Of a stretch of 64,000 nt of DNA, positions 9,924-19,394 are shown in pieces; within the stretch, counting starts at the first letter, position 1; each line of letters starts with the position of its first letter. The DNA comes from a virus. A program made the position numbers and the translations under genes. Under the pieces are notes generated by a model, which saw nothing but the letters and a program-made list of their open reading frames with translations, was not told where the DNA came from and made no database searches. The stretch covers positions 1 through 64,000 of IMG/VR virus record IMGVR_UViG_3300047496_000213, one strand, 5' to 3'.

Positions 9924-11048
9924 TTAATTATTATTTTTGTCATAATCAATTTGACGGAATTTTGAGTAAGCAAGTTCAAGCAATCTTTGATGAAATTCTT
10001 GATAATGGTCGAAAGATTTTCTAAACATTTGTTCATGTTTCTTGAAATCATCGAAGTTTATGGTATCCAAAATCTTCACAGGAAATCGTTTCATCCCAGA
10101 TGTATAATCCGAATGCTCGCTAACTTTACCGAATCGTGGATCGACATACTTAACATCTTCTGGATCGACATAGAAAGGCACGCCTTCGCTGGCGCAATAA
10201 GACAGCGCATAAGTCATCATCATTCGTTTTATTTTGTCATTATCGCCACCAAATTGAACTAAAATACCCTTTCCATGTGGCACTCTTACCAAACATACAC
10301 CAAGGACCATTTTTTCTATCCAGTATTCGTCGGTATCATTGCCGGTATTCTTATAAATGTCCTTCAATTTTTTATCGTATAACACACAATCGTTATCACC
10401 GACATAGAGCATCCAATCTTTTGGATCATGTGTGGCATAATTTGCTGTTGATTTAGTTTGACGTATATCTACTTTTGCGCTGTTGATAATCTCTTTGGCT
10501 CTCTTTACAGACATTTTTCCAGATTGAACCATCTTTGTATACAATCCAGATTTCATCGCATTTCTAACCATTTCACGATATACTTTTTGGAATGTTCTAT
10601 AACCAGCGGAAGTGAACCCGCCAGATGTTTTAGTTGGTTCTAGTTCCCATGCAATTTTTCCGAGAATTGGGCCTAAGCCGAAGCCTCTATATTCTTGAGC
10701 CACTATGTATAATACACAACCCCATTCGTCCTGTAATGTTGCTACACATTGGTCGTTATCATCAAATATAGCAAAAGTATAGTCTTTACTATATGGTTTC
10801 ATTCGGTTTCTAAGTGGTTCTGGTCTTTGTCTTATTTCTAATTTTACACCGTTGATCTTTATAGTCTTAATTAATTTGGTATAATTGGATTTTTTAATAT
10901 ACTCTCCTAGTCCCGCTATTGATGCTCCACGTTCATAAGCAGTATCAGGATGCCATTTTCCGTTTTGACCAACAATCTGATAATATTCATCGAACGTCAA
11001 CAATGCTGGATTAAGCTGTTCTTTTTCAAAAAGGTCGATGATATGCAT
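9924..11048 (-). CDS. GNAT-like domain protein, putative virion internal protein
   Basis: VAQEYRGFGLG acetyl-CoA motif; SGGFTSAG; N-terminus MHIIDLFE; TATAAATA 5 nt upstream. Confidence 0.65.
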   Translation of the reverse strand: MHIIDLFEKEQLNPALLTFDEYYQIVGQNGKWHPDTAYERGASIAGLGEYIKKSNYTKLIKTIKINGVKLEIRQRPEPLRNRMKPYSKDYTFAIFDDNDQCVATLQDEWGCVLYIVAQEYRGFGLGPILGKIAWELEPTKTSGGFTSAGYRTFQKVYREMVRNAMKSGLYTKMVQSGKMSVKRAKEIINSAKVDIRQTKSTANYATHDPKDWMLYVGDNDCVLYDKKLKDIYKNTGNDTDEYWIEKMVLGVCLVRVPHGKGILVQFGGDNDKIKRMMMTYALSYCASEGVPFYVDPEDVKYVDPRFGKVSEHSDYTSGMKRFPVKILDTINFDDFKKHEQMFRKSFDHYQEFHQRLLELAYSKFRQIDYDKNNN

Positions 11049-11100
11049 TTATATATTTATAGTTGCTTGACAAAAACTCTAAATATGCGATTATACTTTC

Positions 11101-11439
11101 ATGACCAAACAAAACCCATACGACGTGAATTATCCTGGAAAATTCGAAACGGCCTTTGCCGGTTTCGATGATGGATTTTTTGCGTTTCGTTTGGTCCTTG
11201 GCGATCATAAAGGTCTTGACGCATGCATGTTCCAGATGGAAGTTAGCCAATGGCTTTTTGACAATGCCCAAGGCAAGTGGTATATGGGAAATGGGTTTCC
11301 CTATGAGGATCATCCTAAGATGAACTTATATAACCCTGCCCATACTGATTATTTTGTCCTGTTTGATCAATTCGTGGACGTAGTTGCTTTCGAAGATCAG
11401 TTTCCGGTTAACGGATTATCGCCTTCTATGTTGGTCTGA
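11101..11439 (+). CDS. Hypothetical early protein
   Basis: TTGACA promoter directly upstream. Confidence 0.65.
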   Translation: MTKQNPYDVNYPGKFETAFAGFDDGFFAFRLVLGDHKGLDACMFQMEVSQWLFDNAQGKWYMGNGFPYEDHPKMNLYNPAHTDYFVLFDQFVDVVAFEDQFPVNGLSPSMLV

Positions 11440-11453
11440 GGTTCTGATGTTCT

Positions 11454-12080
11454 ATGAGCTTACATGCTAAAAATTATTTTCGACTCAAAAATCCAGAAGG
11501 TTTGTTTTGGGATGGAGAAATTTCTAAGAATAAATATCCAACTTTTTCGAAAGATGGCGAATTAATTTACAATATAGAAGCATTAAATAATAAACTTTCT
11601 AGATATGAATTATTTAGATTGTATTTTCCTTCTGTGCCAAAATTGACAACTGTTTCCTACGTAGTTGGAATTATTGAAGAACAAGAAAAGGAATCAATAA
11701 TATCAGAGGCAAAAATACAATCAGCACGTATTGAGTTTTTGCAACCGAATAAATCATATTATGGTTCTCTTTCTCGCTTTCTAAATAATGGAATAGATAG
11801 AGACGCTTTAACAAACTTATTGAGTCATCCTGAATGTAATGAATTTTTATTCATGGGTTTTGCTAAACCAACAACATTGACGGATGAAGAAAAAAACTCA
11901 ATAATATCAAGCTTAGATCGACCTTGTGTCTACCATGATTCTGTGGCTGTTCGTTCCATGAAAGACCTAATTTATTTCAAAATAGTTGTGGGAGATCGTT
12001 TTAAAACGTATATGGATTTGTATAAAAATCCATTTCCTATGCTTACCAAACAGCAGCAAAAAATCCACAACCCTACTTGA
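11454..12080 (+). CDS. Hypothetical protein
   Basis: 208-aa ORF; SD GAGG. Confidence 0.65.
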   Translation: MSLHAKNYFRLKNPEGLFWDGEISKNKYPTFSKDGELIYNIEALNNKLSRYELFRLYFPSVPKLTTVSYVVGIIEEQEKESIISEAKIQSARIEFLQPNKSYYGSLSRFLNNGIDRDALTNLLSHPECNEFLFMGFAKPTTLTDEEKNSIISSLDRPCVYHDSVAVRSMKDLIYFKIVVGDRFKTYMDLYKNPFPMLTKQQQKIHNPT

Positions 12081-12105
12081 CTATTATGGAAGTTAGGGAT
12101 ACAAT
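12077..12105 (+). promoter_or_regulatory. Sigma70-type promoter of ileS, probably leaderless
   Basis: TTGACT-17 nt-TACAAT, ATG 5 nt downstream, no SD. Confidence 0.65.
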
Positions 12106-12110
12106 TTTTC

Positions 12111-14891
12111 ATGACCAGAGATTATAAAGAAACGCTGTTTTTACCAACTACCTCATTTTCCCTTCAAGGCACGAAGGATGAAAATATGGTAAGATCGAGC
12201 TTTGACTATTCACCAACGGTTAATCCCGATTTCGTTTTGCATGATGGCCCTCCATATGCCAACGGCGACATTCATATGGGGCATGCTTTAAACAAAATCT
12301 TGAAAGATATGGTTGTTCAATCTCAGCGTGGGCTTGGAAAATCTGTTGAATACAGGCCGGGATGGGATTGCCACGGCTTGCCAATTGAATCACAAGTCGA
12401 AAAAGAACTTCTGGAACAAGGTATCGCAAAGAACGATCTTTCGGTGATGGATTTCCGCTCGCGTTGCAGAGAATATGCAATGTCGTGGGTGGAAACACAA
12501 AAGAAACAATTTCAGTCACTAGGCGTTAGAGCAGATTGGGATAATCCTTATTTGACGATGAATTTCAAAACTGAAGCGACAATCGTTTCGAAGTTTCATA
12601 GTATGCTTATGCGTAACTGTGTTTATCGTGGAACAAAACCAGTTCAATGGAGCACTGTTGAACAAACGGCGTTGGCTGAAGCCGAAGTAGATTACAAAAA
12701 TCTGAAAACACGATCTGTTTATGTTGCCTACACTATCGGCACAGATACAGAATGGATGCAGAATACTCGTGTTTTGATCTGGACTACTACACCATGGACG
12801 CTTCCCGCTAGTGCGGCAGTGGCCTTTAATCCAGATTTAGAATACGGCATCTATGAAGTTGTCGAAGTGGATAATGAAGCAAAATGTAAGCCGGGTGATC
12901 GCTTTATCCTAGCTGATGCTCGCGCAGAAGCGGTTATGACTGATATTCACGTTGATCGTTACACGTGGTTAGGCGCGACTGATCCTAGATTTTTGGTTGT
13001 TCGTCACCCCTTATATAAAGAAAATGAGGCGTTTGTTGCTGGCATTCCGTTGCTTCCTGGCAAGCATGTTACGGACGAAGCTGGAACCGGCTTGGTTCAT
13101 ACCGCGCCTGATCATGGACAAGAAGACTTCGCTTGCTGGAATGCTAGTAATCAAGGTGAATATCCTGTAGCTATCGGGCCGGATGGTGTGTATCTGGATT
13201 GGGTTCCGTATTTTGCCGGTCTGAATGTCTTGAATCAGACGCCAAAGGGCGAATATATTTTTGAATTCACCAACGCCAAAATCATCAAAGCGTTGGAAGA
13301 TGCTGGCAATTTGGTTGGCGTAAACAATCTGGTGCATTCTTATCCGCATTCTTGGCGTTCGAAGGCGCCGTTGGTCTATCGCGTCACTCCACAATGGTTC
13401 TTGCGCCTCAAAGATACACGCGAATTGGCTGTTAAACTTCTAGATAATGTGAAATTTTATCCAGAAAGTTCAAAAAATCGTCTTGTCGCATCGGTTGAAA
13501 ACCGTCCAGATTGGTTGCTAAGTCGGCAACGAGTTTGGGGGACGCCTATGGCAGTATTTCTGAACAATGTTAGTGGTGATGTTCTTCATTGTTGGGAGTT
13601 GAACGACAAAATCGCCAAGGTTTTCGCTGAAGAAGGCGGGGATGCTTGGTGGAAATATAGCACGTCGGAATGGTTCGCTGGTATCGATGCGATTTCTCAT
13701 CTTGATCCAAATCATTATGAAAAGGTTAACGACGTTCTCGACGTTTGGTTTGATTCCGGTTGCAGTTTCCATTTCATCGACAAGAAGCCAGACCTTTGTA
13801 TTGAAGGCTCTGATCAGCATAGAGGCTGGTATGGAAGCGCGTTGTTCGTTGGTCTGAATCACAATGTCAAGGCGCCCTGGAAGGCTCTGATGACGCATGG
13901 CTTTGTTCTCGACAAGAACGGCATCAAAATGTCTAAGAGTGCGGGGAATGTCGTTAATCCTCTGGTCGAAGCCAAAAAATACGGAACCGATGTTATTCGT
14001 ATGTGGGCGGCCATGAGTGATTACACGCAAGACATGCGTGTTGGTGATCAAATCCTCAAGACGACTTCCGAACAATATCGCAAGCTTCGGAATACGCTGC
14101 GCTATCTGGTCAGCAATCTGCAAGGATATGAGTTTGGAAAGTTCAAATCTGAGTTTGATTTTCCATTAGAAACGCATGTTTTATATCTTCTTGAATCCTT
14201 AGAAGAAAAAATTCGTCTGGCCTATTCCGAATACCGTTTCAATGACGTAATGCGTGATATCATGCAGTTTTGCAATAATGATTTGTCTGCGTTCTATTTC
14301 GATATCCGTAAAGACATGCTTTATTGTGATGCAGAGACTTCGGAAAATCGGCAAGCTTGCCTGGAAACCCTTTCGCGTGTTTTTGATTGTCTTACTTCTT
14401 GGCTTATGCCGATCCTTCCCTTTGCCGCTACCGAAGCTCGCCAACTGGTAGGACGTCCGGTAGATTCTGTTTTTGCTATGGCTCCGAATGTATCTCCGTG
14501 GGAATATGCGAACGAAAAACAATGGGCTGTTGTTCGCTCGACCATCAAGAATGTAAATGAAGCGTTGGAAGAAAAACGCAAGGCTAAAGAAATCGGCGGT
14601 GCTTTGGAAGCGAATGTTTTGGTATTCCTTCCTAAGGATGATTTCGCGGAGTTTTGTGATGGAGTAGATTTGCGTAATCAAGCGGTTGATTTCTTCAGAA
14701 CAAGTCAGGCGACCATCTTCGAATCTGTTGATGATTCGGTAAAAGTGGAAGTCTATAAAGCACAAGGTAATAAGTGTGCTCGTTCTTGGAAAATTCTTAC
14801 AGAAGTAGGGACAGATTCAGCGTATCCTGATTTGTCTCTGCGTGATGCGGAGGCGGTTAGACAATGGGATTTAAAAAATGGGTCGTTATAA
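12111..14891 (+). CDS. ileS: Isoleucyl-tRNA synthetase (bacterial type 1)
   Basis: HDGPPYANGDIHMGH, PGWDCHGLPIE, WTTTPWTLP (editing), EGSDQHRGW, KMSKS. Confidence 0.97.
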   Translation: MTRDYKETLFLPTTSFSLQGTKDENMVRSSFDYSPTVNPDFVLHDGPPYANGDIHMGHALNKILKDMVVQSQRGLGKSVEYRPGWDCHGLPIESQVEKELLEQGIAKNDLSVMDFRSRCREYAMSWVETQKKQFQSLGVRADWDNPYLTMNFKTEATIVSKFHSMLMRNCVYRGTKPVQWSTVEQTALAEAEVDYKNLKTRSVYVAYTIGTDTEWMQNTRVLIWTTTPWTLPASAAVAFNPDLEYGIYEVVEVDNEAKCKPGDRFILADARAEAVMTDIHVDRYTWLGATDPRFLVVRHPLYKENEAFVAGIPLLPGKHVTDEAGTGLVHTAPDHGQEDFACWNASNQGEYPVAIGPDGVYLDWVPYFAGLNVLNQTPKGEYIFEFTNAKIIKALEDAGNLVGVNNLVHSYPHSWRSKAPLVYRVTPQWFLRLKDTRELAVKLLDNVKFYPESSKNRLVASVENRPDWLLSRQRVWGTPMAVFLNNVSGDVLHCWELNDKIAKVFAEEGGDAWWKYSTSEWFAGIDAISHLDPNHYEKVNDVLDVWFDSGCSFHFIDKKPDLCIEGSDQHRGWYGSALFVGLNHNVKAPWKALMTHGFVLDKNGIKMSKSAGNVVNPLVEAKKYGTDVIRMWAAMSDYTQDMRVGDQILKTTSEQYRKLRNTLRYLVSNLQGYEFGKFKSEFDFPLETHVLYLLESLEEKIRLAYSEYRFNDVMRDIMQFCNNDLSAFYFDIRKDMLYCDAETSENRQACLETLSRVFDCLTSWLMPILPFAATEARQLVGRPVDSVFAMAPNVSPWEYANEKQWAVVRSTIKNVNEALEEKRKAKEIGGALEANVLVFLPKDDFAEFCDGVDLRNQAVDFFRTSQATIFESVDDSVKVEVYKAQGNKCARSWKILTEVGTDSAYPDLSLRDAEAVRQWDLKNGSL

Positions 14892-14948
14892 TTCTAGAAT
14901 AAAAAAGACGCGATCATTTTCAAAATGTTTTGGCATGAATTGGAATGA
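14892..14948 (+). pseudogene. C-terminal remnant of an FKMFW-family gene
   Basis: Reads F*NKKDAIIFKMFWHELE* immediately after the ileS stop. Confidence 0.6.
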
Positions 14949-14951
14949 ATA

Positions 14952-15341
14952 ATGAACGATCTTCTAGATAGAATTATTTTTAGGCAGGGGTTCAATGATG
15001 TGGTGTGCTCTCCTTGGAGAGTTATCATCGATCTTCATGATACCTCACTACTATCGCTATTCAAATATTTAACAAAAACAAAAGAATTTATGGTTGAATA
15101 TCCAATATTGAAGATCAATACTTTTGATCCAAAAATATTGGAAGATGTTTATTCTTACCAATATCGTAATGTAATTTTTCCGAAGTATAATTTTACCGTT
15201 ACTTATTCAAAGGAAACTATTGATTGGATATCACATAATTGTTCAACGAGTTCATGGGTGATGTGGCGCGACAGATTAAGAGTCTATATAGAAGACATAA
15301 AAGAAGCGGCATTGTTCAAAATGTTTTGGGAGGAAACATGA
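14952..15341 (+). CDS. Small FKMFW-family protein
   Basis: Ends EAALFKMFWEET. Confidence 0.7.
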   Translation: MNDLLDRIIFRQGFNDVVCSPWRVIIDLHDTSLLSLFKYLTKTKEFMVEYPILKINTFDPKILEDVYSYQYRNVIFPKYNFTVTYSKETIDWISHNCSTSSWVMWRDRLRVYIEDIKEAALFKMFWEET

Positions 15342-15568
15342 GTGAGAAGTTTCCTCATAAAGTACAAATATCACGCGTAGCAAGTAATGGCTCTTATGGT
15401 GAGTATATACGATACATAGACCGTAAAGAAAAAATATACCAATGGATTGAAGTTAATATTGGTATCCGTGGAGATACTGATAATCCATGTTGGATAGAAG
15501 ATCGTCCAAATTTATTTGCATTTTCGGATAAAAAAAACGCAACCCTATTCAAAATGTTTTGGGGCTGA
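15338..15568 (+). CDS. Small FKMFW-family protein
   Basis: SD GGAGG, ATGA overlap; ends FAFSDKKNATLFKMFWG. Confidence 0.75.
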   Translation: MSEKFPHKVQISRVASNGSYGEYIRYIDRKEKIYQWIEVNIGIRGDTDNPCWIEDRPNLFAFSDKKNATLFKMFWG

Positions 15569-15570
15569 AA

Positions 15571-15813
15571 ATGAAAGTATATCTTAATAGTTTTCCTATA
15601 TGGACTCCTCCCGGTAATCCGGTTATTGAACCAAACTGGGTAGGAGGCAAATATCCTCATACAGCAGAAGGTTTGCGTATAAGACGGGATGTCATAAGAT
15701 GGTGTGAAGATAATTTACATTTTAAATCTAAATTGCAGAAAAATGATGAAGGTTATTATATAGAATTCCCAAATAAAAATGATGCGGCTTTGTTCAAACT
15801 ATTTTGTTTTTAG
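15571..15813 (+). CDS. Small FKMFW-family protein
   Basis: Ends IEFPNKNDAALFKLFCF. Confidence 0.75.
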   Translation: MKVYLNSFPIWTPPGNPVIEPNWVGGKYPHTAEGLRIRRDVIRWCEDNLHFKSKLQKNDEGYYIEFPNKNDAALFKLFCF

Positions 15814-15814
15814 A

Positions 15815-16144
15815 ATGTTAACGTACAACTTCCATGAAGAGGAATATATTGAAGATGGCCTTTATGGGCCTTTATATAATAACATACCATTTAGTCACTC
15901 ATTAGAGGATGAATATTTGCCATATTGGATACCTTTTAAAGAAGATTATTTTATAGAAGATTATAATTTTATTTCTTATGAAACACATGAAGAAATACGA
16001 AAGTGGTTGTTAGATAATATCGGTCCAGAATTAATCTATAGTTATCAAATTTTACATGGAGTGTACGAATGGAGATCATATTATGATGGATGTCGGTTTA
16101 AAAATAAAAATGATGCCGCTTTGTTCAAACTATTCTGGTGCTAA
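15815..16144 (+). CDS. Small FKMFW-family protein
   Basis: Ends FKNKNDAALFKLFWC. Confidence 0.75.
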   Translation: MLTYNFHEEEYIEDGLYGPLYNNIPFSHSLEDEYLPYWIPFKEDYFIEDYNFISYETHEEIRKWLLDNIGPELIYSYQILHGVYEWRSYYDGCRFKNKNDAALFKLFWC

Positions 16145-16151
16145 ATAATGC

Positions 16152-16793
16152 ATGTTTTCAATGCGTCATTTTATAAACTTAACGGATTCATATCAAGATG
16201 ATTCTAATAAAATTGACGCTAAATCTTTGGAAGATAACATAAACCTTGATTTTTCTGGATTTGAGAAAGAAAATAAACAGCTATCTTCTGAATATATAGT
16301 TGATGATAAGGAAATACAAAAGGCTATAAAGCATTATACTCATGCATCATCTATCAATGATGAATTGATACGAGCTAATGGTAATATAGATAAACTGCCA
16401 ACAGATTTTCGAACAGAATACAATCTGTTAATGAAGCTAGAAGGCAATCTTCAAGAAAATCATCATGTCTATAGTGGTACAGGAACTTTCAATCCTCTTG
16501 ATGTAGTGGTAGATAATGTATTCAATACTCCAGCTTTTTTAAGTACCTCTTTAAGTATAAAAGTCGCCGTCAAAACAGACAATTTTAGACGAAAAGATTC
16601 CGATGAAGATCATATCATCCATTTATTTCTTCCTAAAGGATTTACAGGCGGTTTTTATATAGCTCCTTATTCCTATGATCCAGAAGAACTGGAATTCCTA
16701 ATATTTCCAAATGAAAAATTTCGTCATATTGGAGATCAAAAATTAGAATTAGATGGTGTTCATAGAATAATACATAGTTTTAAACCTGTTTGA
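16152..16793 (+). CDS. ADP-ribosyltransferase (Alt/VIP2-like)
   Basis: IKHYT...SINDEL, VYSG, FLSTS, EELEFLI; TAAATA 4 nt upstream. Confidence 0.85.
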   Translation: MFSMRHFINLTDSYQDDSNKIDAKSLEDNINLDFSGFEKENKQLSSEYIVDDKEIQKAIKHYTHASSINDELIRANGNIDKLPTDFRTEYNLLMKLEGNLQENHHVYSGTGTFNPLDVVVDNVFNTPAFLSTSLSIKVAVKTDNFRRKDSDEDHIIHLFLPKGFTGGFYIAPYSYDPEELEFLIFPNEKFRHIGDQKLELDGVHRIIHSFKPV

Positions 16794-16988
16794 TTTTAAC
16801 TCCACGCATTTTTCCAATATTTTCGTAAATTTCAGAGTTTGGCAGTTTTGCCTCCCAATGAGAAAAATATGGAAATGCGGGAATCTACAAGAATTTATAG
16901 GAAATTGGATTCTTATAATAATTTAAAGTATAGATTTAAGTATTTGTAAATTTTATTAAATAATATTCATATATTATTGGAGAATTCT

Positions 16989-17861
16989 ATGAGAAAAAAT
17001 TACGGTTGGTTAGCGGATAGACCCGATCCCCGAGATTTATATTACGCTGATGTACATTCTCCTTTGGCATTAGCTCGTAAATTTGGAATTGTAGTAAATC
17101 CTCATATTGACGTTCAAAATCCAATAGTTCCCGTAACGCCTATTCATGCAAATCCGGTTGGTCTTGGTACAGATGGTCTTCCTTTATCTGTTAGCCTTCG
17201 TTCTGAAATGCCTGCGGTCTTCGATCAATCTACTTTGGGAGCATGTGTTGCTCATTCGACTTGCGCGATGTTTCAATTTGCTCATGGAGCCACTAAAACT
17301 ATTGAACAAAATTATAGCAGACTTTCTCTTTATTATCAGGCTCGTTTAATGGAAGGAACGCAAAATTCTGACTCAGGATGTATAAATAGAGACGCAATTT
17401 CGGTATGCGCTCAAAAAGGGGTAGGGCTTGAGATAGATTTTCCATATGATGTCACCAAATATATGATTGCACCCCCTCAGAAAGAGCTTGAAGAAGGATT
17501 AGAAAATAAAGCTATTGAATATTCAAGGCTCGTATCTAGATCAGATTTTAGAAATTGTTTGGCTCAAGGTCATCCTTTTATCGTAGGCATAACCATTTTT
17601 GGTAGTTTCGAAAGCAACGAAGTAGCAAAAACAGGTATAGTTCCTATGCCACAATATGGTGAACAAATGCTCGGCGGACATTCTGTTTGTGTCGTCGGTT
17701 ATGATAATAACTACAAAAGTATGGGCGAATATTACGAAGTAAGAAATTCTTGGGGTCCTAATTGGGGCGATCAAGGATATTTCTGGCTCCCAGCCGCTTA
17801 TCTTGAACCAACTGGCAATAATCAAAATTTGGCAAGCGATTTCTGGTGCATAAGACGCTAA
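16989..17861 (+). CDS. Papain-like cysteine protease (peptidase C1)
   Basis: DQSTLGACVAH (Q, C), GGHSV (H), VRNSWGPNWGDQGY (N). Confidence 0.92.
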   Translation: MRKNYGWLADRPDPRDLYYADVHSPLALARKFGIVVNPHIDVQNPIVPVTPIHANPVGLGTDGLPLSVSLRSEMPAVFDQSTLGACVAHSTCAMFQFAHGATKTIEQNYSRLSLYYQARLMEGTQNSDSGCINRDAISVCAQKGVGLEIDFPYDVTKYMIAPPQKELEEGLENKAIEYSRLVSRSDFRNCLAQGHPFIVGITIFGSFESNEVAKTGIVPMPQYGEQMLGGHSVCVVGYDNNYKSMGEYYEVRNSWGPNWGDQGYFWLPAAYLEPTGNNQNLASDFWCIRR

Positions 17862-17919
17862 CATCAATATAATTAACTAAATACTTTATATATGGAGTTA
17901 ATCCAAATATGGAGAAGTT

Positions 17920-18385
17920 ATGAGTAAAATTTCTGAAATGGAAACGGCGTTGGCCGAGTTGGAAAAAGAAAAAAATAGTAAAATTCATGAATTACCAGTA
18001 ATTTTAGTTCCAGACAAAATTGGATATGTTCGTAGAAATAATAGCGAAGCCATTTTTTGTAATTAAGTTGTCTGGAATAGAAAATATATACACATTTTTT
18101 CCTGTTGAAGAACAATATGTTTCCAAGTTTACTATGGAACCTCAGAAATATGAATTTGAGTATGAAATGGAAACTTCGCGTTTCGCTGAAATAGTTCAAT
18201 GGATTGATTCTCAATCAGGAGCAGAAAAATGGTCAGTAAATCAAAAAGTTTTTAGAAAATTTGTGCAGTTTCATGGAAATATATGTGCTACTTCGTCAGT
18301 ATTTTCAGAAATTGAAAAAGTTTTAACTGTTTTTAGTTTTTCTTGTGATAAAGCAACTACATTATTTAAGATGTTTCAGACATGA
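17920..18385 (+). pseudogene. FKMF-family gene split by a frameshift in a T6 run at 18053-18058; paralogue of 18717..19169
   Basis: The upstream frame MSKISEM...LPVILVPDKIGYVRRNNSEAIF aligns with LPVILTPEAVGYSRDGENNTIY. The downstream frame continues VIKLSG...ATTLFKMFQT. Confidence 0.65.
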
Positions 18386-18720
18386 TCGATGATGTAATTG
18401 AAATGTTTCGGGCTACGCAAAAGGTCGAAGAAAAACAACATCTGATAGCGAACAATCCGATGGAAAGTAGATCATCGGTTGATCAACCGTTTGAGGTTCA
18501 ATATGCAAATCTCCATGGGCTAACAGAGTATAGCAGCATACAAGAAACAATGTATCGTGCGGCTATTTGGATAACGGATCAATTGCCAACAGCAAAATGG
18601 TCTGTAAGAATTGAGGAAATCAGAAACGCAAAAGTAGTAGACCGTATAGAACAAACGAATATTTACATAGCGTTTGATACCGCAGAAGCTGCCACTCTAT
18701 TTAAGGTGTTTCAGACATGA
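18382..18720 (+). CDS. Small FKMF-family protein
   Basis: W...KWSV...AFDTAEAATLFKVFQT. Confidence 0.75.
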   Translation: MIDDVIEMFRATQKVEEKQHLIANNPMESRSSVDQPFEVQYANLHGLTEYSSIQETMYRAAIWITDQLPTAKWSVRIEEIRNAKVVDRIEQTNIYIAFDTAEAATLFKVFQT

Positions 18721-19169
18721 TCGATGAAATTGCTAATATGTTTTCTGCTATGCAGAAAGCGGAAGAAAAAAAGAGATTACAGTTAGAACAAGAAAGCCGA
18801 CTTCCGGTTATATTAACACCAGAAGCAGTAGGTTATTCGCGAGATGGTGAAAATAATACTATATACATTATTAGACTTACTGGTAAAGGAAAACCTCCGA
18901 ACCTGAAATCCAATCTAAAAATAGAAGAAAAATTAGCTCAACACTTTACTATTGAAGAACAAAATTTTGAAGTCGAGTATAAAACACAAATGTCTAACGA
19001 GCAGTTTTTAGAAGCAGTAGAATGGATAAATTCTCAATTAGCATCAAAGTGGTCGGTCTTACAAAAAACTTTCTTAAATCCTGGAAGAACTATGATAGAA
19101 AAAACAACAACATATTTTAGTTTTTCTACATCGAAGGATGCTGCTCTTTTCAAAATGTTTCATACCTGA
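18717..19169 (+). CDS. Small FKMF-family protein
   Basis: W...KWSV...FSFSTSKDAALFKMFHT. Confidence 0.75.
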   Translation: MIDEIANMFSAMQKAEEKKRLQLEQESRLPVILTPEAVGYSRDGENNTIYIIRLTGKGKPPNLKSNLKIEEKLAQHFTIEEQNFEVEYKTQMSNEQFLEAVEWINSQLASKWSVLQKTFLNPGRTMIEKTTTYFSFSTSKDAALFKMFHT

Positions 19170-19204
19170 GTGATATATTTAATTTAAGATAGAACAATAT
19201 TTGT

Positions 19205-19317
19205 ACATAGGATTCGACACGGCCGTAGATGTATTATGTAGTTGTTCGTGGACAAGCCACTACGATTCTTAATTGAATGTCGCCCCACGAGGTGTACCTC
19301 TTGAGTTGCTTGGTCGT
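19205..19317. ncRNA. Candidate structured non-coding RNA
   Basis: GC-enriched intergenic island with stems cggccg/tggtcg, gtagt/actac, gtgg/ccac and gaggt/acctc, followed by a terminator. Confidence 0.3.
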
Positions 19318-19357
19318 AAAAGGTCCCTGGTTCGCTAATGCGGATCAGGGACCTTTT
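19318..19357 (+). terminator. Rho-independent terminator
   Basis: aaaaggtccctggttcgc-taat-gcggatcagggaccttttg. Confidence 0.8.
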
Positions 19358-19394
19358 GTTTGACAACACAATTCGCCGCCTATAAGTGGGTTTT

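Noticed and set aside
14892-14897. TAG recoding (alternative genetic code)
   Set aside because: Long genes are intact under code 11 and several end at TAG; this TAG lies in a gene remnant.
19205-19230. tmRNA 5' end (ggattcgac)
   Set aside because: There is no GGGG acceptor strand, tag reading frame, T-arm or CCA end nearby.
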